A stretch of 64,000 bases of DNA. It comes from Actinomycetota bacterium (GTDB lineage: Bacteria > Actinomycetota > Thermoleophilia > UBA2241). The position numbers and the translations under genes were made by a program. The first letter of the stretch is position 1. Each line of letters begins with the position of its first letter. The notes under the pieces are model-generated. The model was not told the origin of the DNA, did not search any database, and was given only the letters and a program-made list of their open reading frames with translations. The stretch spans positions 779 through 64,778 of the forward strand of contig JAPLCM010000114.1 of assembly GCA_026392275.1 (NCBI GenBank), written 5' to 3'. Below are positions 42,486 to 49,889 of the stretch, in pieces.

Positions 42486-44105
42486 TTGCTCGACGATCTC
42501 CTCGCCGACAACCCGGTGCTGGCCACCGGGCTCGGCCTGACCACCGGCGCCGGCCGGCTGCCCTCGTGGTCGCCGCCGGCGCTCGCGCGCCGGCTCGGCA
42601 TGCTCCGCAGTCACGAGCAGGCGCTCCTGCCCCTGCTCGACGACCCTCGGAGGGCGACGGCGGTCGACGCCTTCGCCGGCCTGCAGATAGTCCGCCGTCA
42701 CCTGCGCGATCTCGAGCTGTGCCGCGTCCAGCACCGCCGTCCGGCAGCGTACCTCGACGTCCTCTTCGGCCTCCTGCCACTGCTCATGCGCGAGCTCGGC
42801 GCGCCCGCCGAGCGGGTCGAGGCGCTCGCCGGCAGGCTGCGCGCCGCGCCCGGATTGCTGGAGGAGGCGCGGGGCAACCTGGAGCCTGGGCTGCCGGCCG
42901 CCCTGGTCGCCGCCGGCATGGACCAGGTCGACGGGCTCCTCGAGCTGGCCGGCCCCACGGTGCGCGCCTTCGCGGCGGGCACCGGCCACGAGGGCGCGCT
43001 CGACAGCGCCTCGCAAGCGGCTTGCACGGCGCTGATCGCCTTCCGCCGGCATCTGCGCGACGGCCTGCTGCCGGGGGCCGCGGCGGAGTGCGGCGCCGGA
43101 CGCGCCGTGCTCGAGGACATCCTTCGCTGGGAGCACGTGCTCGACGACACGCTCGAGGAGCTGGCGCGCTACGGGCGCGAGGTGCTGGCCGCGACCAAAG
43201 ACGCCATGGAAGAGGTCGCCGCCGAGCTCGGCCACGGCGACGCCGCGGCGGCCGTGGCAGAGCTGCAGTCAGACCACCCGGCGCCGGACGATCTGGTGGC
43301 CGCCTACCGGCGCGCCGTGGAGGCCGCGCGAGCGCACGTCGTCGATCGCGGCATCGTCACCATGCCGGCGGGTGAGGAGCTCACGGTCATGGCGACGCCG
43401 ACCTTTCTCCGCACGATGCTGCCCTTTGCCGCCTACGATCAGCCCGGCCCCTACGCCGCGCGCCAGCTGGGTTTCTACTACGTCACGCCGCCGCGAGACG
43501 GACTTCTGGGGCCGGAGCTCGAGGCGGCGCTGCGCAGCCATCCCCGCGCCTCCCTGGCCATGACCGGCGTGCACGAGGCCTACCCCGGGCACCACCTGCA
43601 GCTGGTGAGCGCCAATCGCGCGACGACCCTCGCGCGCCGCATCGCCCACATCCCGAACGGCGGCAACATCCTCGTCGAGGGCTGGGCGTTCTACTGCGAG
43701 GAGCTCATGGAGCGGCAGGGGTTTCTGGCGGCCCCTGCAGTGCGCCTCATGCGCCTCAACGACCAGGTGTGGCGCGCCTGTCGGGTGGTCATCGACGTCG
43801 AGCTGCATCTGGGGTCCATGGACCTGCCGGCGGCCGTCGACTATCTGTGTGCGGAGGCGCACATGAACCGCCACGAGGCCGAGCTCGAGTGCCGGCGGTA
43901 CGCGGGCGAGCCGGGTCAGGCGATGAGCTACCTGCTCGGCAAGCGCGAGGTGCAGCGTCTTGCGGCGCTCCACTCGCGCCGGCGGGGCGGCTCCCTGCGT
44001 GTCTTCCACGACGAGTTGCTGAGCTGGGGCGGCCTGCCGCCGGCGGTCATCGCCTGGGGGATGGGTCTCGCGCCGCCGCCCCCGGCGGCGCGCGTCAGTT
44101 CCTGA
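42486..44105 (+). CDS. DUF885 family protein (body; probably frameshifted from its signal peptide)
   Basis: GVHEAYPGHHLQL and EGWAFYCEELM motifs are typical of DUF885. The same frame is open upstream to at least 42399 but holds no plausible start other than TTG 42486. Confidence 0.8.
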   Translation: MLDDLLADNPVLATGLGLTTGAGRLPSWSPPALARRLGMLRSHEQALLPLLDDPRRATAVDAFAGLQIVRRHLRDLELCRVQHRRPAAYLDVLFGLLPLLMRELGAPAERVEALAGRLRAAPGLLEEARGNLEPGLPAALVAAGMDQVDGLLELAGPTVRAFAAGTGHEGALDSASQAACTALIAFRRHLRDGLLPGAAAECGAGRAVLEDILRWEHVLDDTLEELARYGREVLAATKDAMEEVAAELGHGDAAAAVAELQSDHPAPDDLVAAYRRAVEAARAHVVDRGIVTMPAGEELTVMATPTFLRTMLPFAAYDQPGPYAARQLGFYYVTPPRDGLLGPELEAALRSHPRASLAMTGVHEAYPGHHLQLVSANRATTLARRIAHIPNGGNILVEGWAFYCEELMERQGFLAAPAVRLMRLNDQVWRACRVVIDVELHLGSMDLPAAVDYLCAEAHMNRHEAELECRRYAGEPGQAMSYLLGKREVQRLAALHSRRRGGSLRVFHDELLSWGGLPPAVIAWGMGLAPPPPAARVSS

Positions 44106-45462
44106 CGCGTTCGCGCCGCTCCGCGCCGTGGAGCACCACCTGATCGCGCCCCGCAGCCTTAGCGCGGTACAACGCCTTGTCGGCCAGCTCCATGAGGGCG
44201 TCGAGCTCGGTGGCGTCGCGCGGGCAGGTGGCGACGCCCACGCTGATCGTGATGTTGGCCTCCGCCGGCAGCCCAAGGCCGGTGTAGCGTGTGCCGCTCA
44301 GCGTGCGCCGCACGCGCTCGGCCACGTAGTAGGCGTTCTCGCCGGGCGTCTTCGGTAGCAGGACGGCGAATTCCTCGCCGCCGTGCCGGGCGCAGATGTC
44401 GGGTTTGCGCAGGGCATCCTGCATGGCTCGCGCGACCGTCTGCAGCACGCGGTCGCCGGTGGCATGACCGTAGGTGTCGTTGAATGCCTTGAAGTGATCG
44501 ATGTCGACCATGAGGACGCTCAGCGGTTCCTGATGGCGCAGGCTTCGCTCGATCTCCTCGCCGGCGCGCTTCATGAAGTAGCGCCGGTTGTAGAGGTGCG
44601 TGAGGTGATCGGTCACCACCTGGCGGCGGATGGCGTCGTACTTGTGGGCGTTGGTCAGCGCGGTCTGCAGGTGGTTCTGCAGCGCCACGAGGATATCGTC
44701 GGAGAGCAGGGCGACGTACTCGCCCGACGTGGAGGTGGCCAGCACCGCCATCTCGCCGACGTCTTCGACGTGCACGGGGATCACGACCTGGTCTTTCATG
44801 GTGTGCGGGAACAGGGAGCAGGTGTGGTCGCCGGCGCGCACCAGCCGGCCGCCGGCGATCGCCTGACGCACCGGGCAGTCGGGGGTGAAGGCGCAGCAGT
44901 CTGCAGAGAGCGTGGGGGAGAGGACGCCCTGCGCGCCCTCCAGCGAGAAGGCGCGCGTGTCGGCGTCGAGCAGCAGCAGGGCCGCGAAGTCGGCGTGCAG
45001 GAAGGCCTTGCTCCGCGCCAGTACGCGGTCCACCGTCTCCAGATACGGCAGGGCGGTGTTCATGTCCTTGCCGAGCTCGCCGACGTCCATGAGCTGCCGG
45101 TTCAGCGCCTGCACGCGTTCGAGGTCCGCCTTGATGCTCTGCGAGACCCACTCCTTGTCATCGGCGGCGGTGAAGACGGCGATGAGCGTGCCGACAAGGT
45201 ACCCGAGCTCGCGGGCCTCGTCGCGGTAGTACGGGTCGTTGCGCTCGTAGTTGCCGCCGAGCCGCTGGCGGGCGCGTCTGATCAGCCCGTTGAGGGGCCG
45301 GTAGACCCACAGGTCGCACGTCAGGGCGATGAGCGCGAACACCACAAGCAGGGCGACGGCCAGTTGCAGAGTGGACTGGAGGTCGATCCAGTGGGTGACG
45401 GCATAGAAGAAGACGCCCAGGGCGACGGCGACGACCGCGGTCGTCTTGAGCTGCAGGCTCAC
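44095..45462 (-). CDS. membrane-anchored GAF-GGDEF diguanylate cyclase
   Basis: Two N-terminal TM helices and a GAF-like middle domain. Active-site GGEEF, with the RxxD I-site (RKPD) five residues upstream. Confidence 0.9.
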   Translation of the reverse strand: MSLQLKTTAVVAVALGVFFYAVTHWIDLQSTLQLAVALLVVFALIALTCDLWVYRPLNGLIRRARQRLGGNYERNDPYYRDEARELGYLVGTLIAVFTAADDKEWVSQSIKADLERVQALNRQLMDVGELGKDMNTALPYLETVDRVLARSKAFLHADFAALLLLDADTRAFSLEGAQGVLSPTLSADCCAFTPDCPVRQAIAGGRLVRAGDHTCSLFPHTMKDQVVIPVHVEDVGEMAVLATSTSGEYVALLSDDILVALQNHLQTALTNAHKYDAIRRQVVTDHLTHLYNRRYFMKRAGEEIERSLRHQEPLSVLMVDIDHFKAFNDTYGHATGDRVLQTVARAMQDALRKPDICARHGGEEFAVLLPKTPGENAYYVAERVRRTLSGTRYTGLGLPAEANITISVGVATCPRDATELDALMELADKALYRAKAAGRDQVVLHGAERRERVRN

Positions 45463-45629
45463 GCCACGCTTGTAGCCGAGGCGGCCGCCTCGACGCTGCT
45501 CACCAGGCTGGTCTGACGTAGCGCGCCTCTCGTAGGACTGCGACTACTCCCGGTATCGGCAGATGCGCGCCTTCCATGATAGGCCGCCGCTGTCTGTGGA
45601 CGAGCCCGAGCACGACCCGCGCGCGCTTC

Positions 45630-45809
45630 TCAGAGTCGGCCGAGGATGCGGCGGTCGTACGTGCGTCGCGGGCTCCAGCGACGTTCGCCGATACGCCGGT
45701 CGCGCACGTAGTACGGGCACACGGCGCAATAGGTGCTGCACGTGAGCCGGGTGTCCACTTCGGCGACGCAGAGCATTGGCTGCAGGGGGCTACGGGGGTC
45801 TTTGATCAT
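45630..45809 (-). CDS. 59-aa Cys- and Arg-rich hypothetical protein (VRDRRIGERR motif)
   Basis: My own translation gives MIKDPRSPLQPMLCVAEVDTRLTCSTYCAVCPYYVRDRRIGERRWSPRRTYDRRILGRL*. GC3 is high. There is no convincing SD. It is just below the track's 60-aa cut-off. Confidence 0.4.
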   Translation of the reverse strand: MIKDPRSPLQPMLCVAEVDTRLTCSTYCAVCPYYVRDRRIGERRWSPRRTYDRRILGRL

Positions 45810-45833
45810 GATCGCTTGACTTGTACGCCACGG

Positions 45834-45888
45834 GAGCGCCGGCTCCTGCCCGCTGCCGCCTGGCGGCAGCGGGCAGGAGCCGGCGCTC
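45834..45888 (-). terminator. 27-bp perfect-stem hairpin immediately after the response-regulator stop codon
   Basis: GAGCGCCGGCTCCTGCCCGCTGCCGCC-t-GGCGGCAGCGGGCAGGAGCCGGCGCTC. It overlaps the TGA of the RR gene. No U-tract follows on the minus strand. Confidence 0.55.
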
Positions 45889-46255
45889 AGCCTTGCAGAT
45901 AGCTCTCGACGACCGTGAGAACCTGGGCGATGCGGAAGGGCTTCGTGATGTAGCCGTCGATGCCGACGTCGGTGGCGCGTTCCATGTCGGTGGCCATGGC
46001 TTTCGCGGAGAGGCCGACGATGGTGATACCGCGGGTGGTCGCGTCGGCCTTGAGCTCGACCACTGCCTCGTAGCCGCTCACGATCGGCATCATCATGTCC
46101 ATGAGCACGAGGTCGGGATGATGCTGCTTGGCGAGATCGACCGCCTCGCGGCCGTTGGTCGCCTTGTAGACAGTGTAGCCCTGCGCCTCGAGCGACATCG
46201 ACACGATATTCAGGATGTCGGGGTCGTCGTCTGCCACCAGGATGGCCTTCGCCAT
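45887..46255 (-). CDS. single-domain (CheY-like) response regulator
   Basis: ILVADDDPDI...DLVLMDMMMP...LSAKA...YITKPF receiver motifs. No output domain. Confidence 0.9.
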   Translation of the reverse strand: MAKAILVADDDPDILNIVSMSLEAQGYTVYKATNGREAVDLAKQHHPDLVLMDMMMPIVSGYEAVVELKADATTRGITIVGLSAKAMATDMERATDVGIDGYITKPFRIAQVLTVVESYLQG

Positions 46256-46268
46256 GATACGCGCCTCC

Positions 46269-48107
46269 TCAGCTGATCTTGCCGGCCGACAACGGGTCGG
46301 TGGGCTTGGTCGATATCGGCATGGTGAAGATGAAGCTGGAGCCTTTGCCGAGCTTACTCTGCAGGCGGATGGTGCCGCCGTGCAGTTCCACGAGCTCCTT
46401 GACGATGGCGAGGCCGAGCCCCGTGCCTCCCTGCATACGTGTGGCGGAGGAGTCTATCTGCGTGAAACGCCGGAAGACCTTGTCCTGATCCTCCTTGGCC
46501 ATGCCGATGCCCGTATCGTTCACCCAGATCTCGACCATGTCGCCGGCGTTGCGTGCCTCGACGCTCACGCTGCCGTTGTCGTGCGTGTACTTGATGCCGT
46601 TCGTGAGCAGGTTGAGCAGGATCTGGTTGAACTTCGCCGGGTCAGCCGACAGTAGCGGGAGGTCCGTGGGCAGAAACGTGGAGATGCGGATCCTCTTGTC
46701 CTGCGCGCGCGGCTTGACCACGGGCAGGACGCCCAGCAAAGCCGCGCGCAGGTCGACCGATTCGAAGTTCAGCTCCAGCCGTCCGGCCTCGATCTTAGTG
46801 AGGTCGAGGATGTCGTTGATCAGGTTGAGGAGCGTCTCGCCGCCTTTGAGGATGCTTTCGACGAACACGCCCTGCTTTTCGTTGAGCTCGCCGGTCATCC
46901 CGCTCAGAAGCATGTCGCTGTAGCCGATGATCGAGGTGAGAGGGGTACGCAGCTCGTGGCTCATGGTGGCCATGAAATCGCTCTTGAGCTCGTCGAGATG
47001 CGTGAGCTCGCGGTTCTTGCGCGCGAGCTCTTCGTTGTACTGGATGTTGCGCACGACCAGGGCCACCTGGTCGCTGAGCGCCCGCACGGTCGCTACTGCA
47101 GCCGCAGGCACGACCTCGTTCTGACGGTAGAACAGGCAGATCACGCCGAGCAGCTCTTGCTTGGCCTCCAGCGGTGCGGTGAGGAAGCCGTGGAAGCCGG
47201 CCTTCTCGGCTGCCTTGAGCAGTCGGCCGATGTGAGGATCGGTGACCTCCGCGTGCAGCTGCGCCCCGGCACTGGCGACGTCGGCGATGCCGAGCTCCTT
47301 CATCTTGCGGACGAAGGCAGGGTCGATCTGCCCAAGCTCCGCCTTGACGTCGAGCACGCCGCTGTTGTGGTTGACCACGAGGGCGAAGCCCGCGCTCATG
47401 CCCGAGGCGCCCATGATCTGCAGGAGCGCCTCGGGCATGAGCGCGTCCACATCCTGGTGGCGAAGAAAGACGCGGCTGGTATCGCTCATCACGCGGAGCT
47501 GCTCGTTGGTGGCCTGCATACGCCGCAACTGCTCATCGGTGGCAGCCTTGGCGGTGCTGAGCTGGACGGTGGTGCGCACGAGGGCCGTGGCCAGTCGCCC
47601 GGCCAGCAGAGCGATGAGCAGAAACGCCGCCACGTGCAGGCACACGGTGATCAGCATCCAGTTGGGGGGCACGTTGATCTCGGCCACCATGGCGGTCGTG
47701 TGCAGCCAGCCGAGGTGCTGCAGCTCCCAGATGCCGGCGTAGGCTGCGCCGGCGGCCACGGCGGCAGCATAGGGCACCCAGGCGGGCAGGAAGACGGCCG
47801 CAAGGACGATGGGCCACACGTAGAAGACGGCCACAGCGCTGAGGGCGCCACCGCTGAAGATGATGGCGGCGGTCACGAGCGCGAGATCGACGACGACGAT
47901 GACGGCGGTCAGGTCGCGCGTCTCCACGCGGTTCTCGAGCATGAAGAATGGTACGTTGGCGGCGACGACCACCGCGAGGCAGATGAGCAGCTGGGCGGTC
48001 ACGAGGCCGTGATCGTCGATCTGGACCCACAGCACCGCGAGCAGTAGTGCCAGCGTGAACAGCACGCGAGCCCACAGCACGTCGTGCAGTTGTTTGCGCA
48101 GATCCAT
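46269..48107 (-). CDS. sensor histidine kinase: multi-TM sensor, GAF, HisKA, HATPase_c
   Basis: H-box FMATMSHELRTPL, N-box LLNLLTNGIKYT, G-boxes VNDTGIGM and GTGLGLAIV. About 6 TM helices at the N-terminus. Start at MDLRKQ (48107). The remaining upstream part of track ORF 46269-49469 is antisense to the next gene. Confidence 0.9.
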   Translation of the reverse strand: MDLRKQLHDVLWARVLFTLALLLAVLWVQIDDHGLVTAQLLICLAVVVAANVPFFMLENRVETRDLTAVIVVVDLALVTAAIIFSGGALSAVAVFYVWPIVLAAVFLPAWVPYAAAVAAGAAYAGIWELQHLGWLHTTAMVAEINVPPNWMLITVCLHVAAFLLIALLAGRLATALVRTTVQLSTAKAATDEQLRRMQATNEQLRVMSDTSRVFLRHQDVDALMPEALLQIMGASGMSAGFALVVNHNSGVLDVKAELGQIDPAFVRKMKELGIADVASAGAQLHAEVTDPHIGRLLKAAEKAGFHGFLTAPLEAKQELLGVICLFYRQNEVVPAAAVATVRALSDQVALVVRNIQYNEELARKNRELTHLDELKSDFMATMSHELRTPLTSIIGYSDMLLSGMTGELNEKQGVFVESILKGGETLLNLINDILDLTKIEAGRLELNFESVDLRAALLGVLPVVKPRAQDKRIRISTFLPTDLPLLSADPAKFNQILLNLLTNGIKYTHDNGSVSVEARNAGDMVEIWVNDTGIGMAKEDQDKVFRRFTQIDSSATRMQGGTGLGLAIVKELVELHGGTIRLQSKLGKGSSFIFTMPISTKPTDPLSAGKIS

Positions 48108-48236
48108 CCCCTCCACTCGTTCCTCCGCGCTGTGGGTCAGACGAGTAAGGTATTCTACCTTGGGACCTGAAGTCCGTTTCGCGCGCCGACCGCCGGCCGT
48201 CCGCACTTGGCGGCCGGCCGAAAGGAGGACCCGTTC

Positions 48237-49616
48237 ATGTCTGTGCCCCGGCTCGTGGTGTGCGGGCTCGAGCCCGGCCCCGCCGTGGCGCTCGCCGCCG
48301 GCGCGCTTCAGGCGTGTTTCGCCGAGCAGCACGCCGTCCGCGCGGTCACCATCGGTGCGGATCTTCCCCTGTGGAGGCTCCTGTACGCCGGTGAGGGCAG
48401 GGCGCCCCGGGTGCTCGACCCGGCGCTCCACGCCGCCGCCGTGGTGTTCGAGCTCTACGAGTGCTGGAGCGAGGGCTGCGATCTCGTGCTCCTGGTGGCG
48501 GTGCAGCCTGCCCTCGACCGCTGGCACGGCGTGAAGGGCTCGCGGGCGGTCGACATCGCCGCCGGTCTCGACGCGCCTCTCGTGCTGGTCCTGGACGCGC
48601 GGGATCGGGGGGCCACGGTGGCTGCGGCCGCCTATGGTGTCCGCGCCCTCGCCAAGGGCCTCGAGATCGCCGGCGCGATCGTCGTCGGTGGCGACGAGCG
48701 CGGCGCAGCGGCGGAGCTCGGGCAGATCCTGCGGCGCGACGTCGGTCTGCCCGTCCTTGGCTGTATCCCGCCGCAGCTGAGCGAGCAGTTCGCGCGGGAC
48801 TACTCGGCGGCCACGAGCACGCTTAGCCAGATCGGCCCGCGCCCTGTGAAGGGCAGTGAGCGGCGCCTGTGCGCCGAGGCGGGCACCTATCTTGAGCGCG
48901 ACGACCTCTTGGCGGCGGCCACGCGGCGGGGCTTCCTGCCCGGCCGCACCCCTCTGCTGCTGACGCCGCTGCCGGCCGCCCACGACCTGAGTCTCGCGGT
49001 GGCCTGGGGCGCGCCCCTGGAGCCGTTCGCCCTCGAGAACGTCGACATGCTGCAGGCGATGGGGCTTTCGCTGGCGCCGCTCAACATCGCCCGCGACCGC
49101 GAGCTGCCGCCGGACGTCAGTGGTCTCTTGCTCGCCGGGCAGCTCAACGAAGAGCAGTTGCCCGCGTTCGCCGGCAATGTCGAGCTGCAGGCGGCGCTCG
49201 CCGCGGCTATCGGCGACGGCCTGCCCACTCTCGCAATGGGTGGCGGCGCGCTCCTGCTGCTGCGACGCCTGGCCGACAGCCGCGGGCGCAGCCACGAGCT
49301 CACCGGCGTGCTTCCCGCCGAGGCCGAGCTCCTGGAGTGGTACGAGCGTCCTCGGTACGTGCATGCCCGCGCGGCGCGCGGCAATCCGTTCGACGAGGGC
49401 GAGAACCTCCTGTGCGAGTGGTTCGATCTTGAGTTCCTGATGCTTGAGCAGGAGTCGTTCGCGTACCATGTGGGCGACGCCGACGAGCCGAGTCAGGCCG
49501 AAGGCTTCGCCTTCAGCCGCTGCCTGGCCACCACCCTGTACCCATCCTTGCCGCGGTGCCCCGCGTTGGCGGCGAGCTTCGTCGCGGCCATGCGTCTTGC
49601 CGGACCCCGCGCGTGA
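48237..49616 (+). CDS. CobB/CbiA (cobyrinic acid a,c-diamide synthase)-like protein with degenerate active sites
   Basis: The architecture and several blocks match CbiA (PRLVVCG..., VLDPAL, GLDAPLVLVLDAR, IAGAIV, VSGLLLAG..., LPTLAMGGGALLLL). However, the P-loop GxxGxGKT is replaced by GLEPGPAV and the GATase Cys (ECGG) by MGGG. Confidence 0.65.
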   Translation: MSVPRLVVCGLEPGPAVALAAGALQACFAEQHAVRAVTIGADLPLWRLLYAGEGRAPRVLDPALHAAAVVFELYECWSEGCDLVLLVAVQPALDRWHGVKGSRAVDIAAGLDAPLVLVLDARDRGATVAAAAYGVRALAKGLEIAGAIVVGGDERGAAAELGQILRRDVGLPVLGCIPPQLSEQFARDYSAATSTLSQIGPRPVKGSERRLCAEAGTYLERDDLLAAATRRGFLPGRTPLLLTPLPAAHDLSLAVAWGAPLEPFALENVDMLQAMGLSLAPLNIARDRELPPDVSGLLLAGQLNEEQLPAFAGNVELQAALAAAIGDGLPTLAMGGGALLLLRRLADSRGRSHELTGVLPAEAELLEWYERPRYVHARAARGNPFDEGENLLCEWFDLEFLMLEQESFAYHVGDADEPSQAEGFAFSRCLATTLYPSLPRCPALAASFVAAMRLAGPRA

Positions 49617-49889
49617 GCGCCTCTGCCGCCACGAGCGCAGCGCCGCGAGATCCGCGCCCGCCCGGGGCCCCGTAGTGCGGCTGTTCGGCCGGCGCCTCGC
49701 CGTGCGTGCCGTCCTCGCGTCGGCCCTGCGCGACCTGAGCAGCCTCGCCGGCTGCGAAGCTGCTCATCTCCACAGGGCCACCGCCCTGCACGGGGACGCC
49801 TGCGTGACCCTGAGCCCCGCCGCGCCGACCGCGGGCGTCCACTCGCGGCGGTGCGAGCTGGCCGGGACGGCCGCGGGGGAGTCGCGACC

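Noticed and set aside
45630-45809. The CxxxCxxC (CSTYCAVC) in the 59-aa ORF, read as a radical-SAM enzyme or a remnant of one.
   Set aside because: The ORF is far too short, and the flanking sequence shows no TIM-barrel or SAM-binding (GGE-like) motifs in any frame. I kept it only as a possible small metal-binding protein.
49419-49428. A GGTTCGATC T-loop-like string, as a hint of a tRNA gene.
   Set aside because: It lies inside the CobB-like CDS. I could not fold an acceptor or anticodon stem around it, and found no other tRNA-like signatures in the window.
48108-49469. Upstream 450-aa extension of the histidine-kinase ORF (track 46269-49469).
   Set aside because: It is antisense to the CobB-like gene and has shadow-ORF composition. 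The kinase's first TM helix follows MDLRKQ at 48107.
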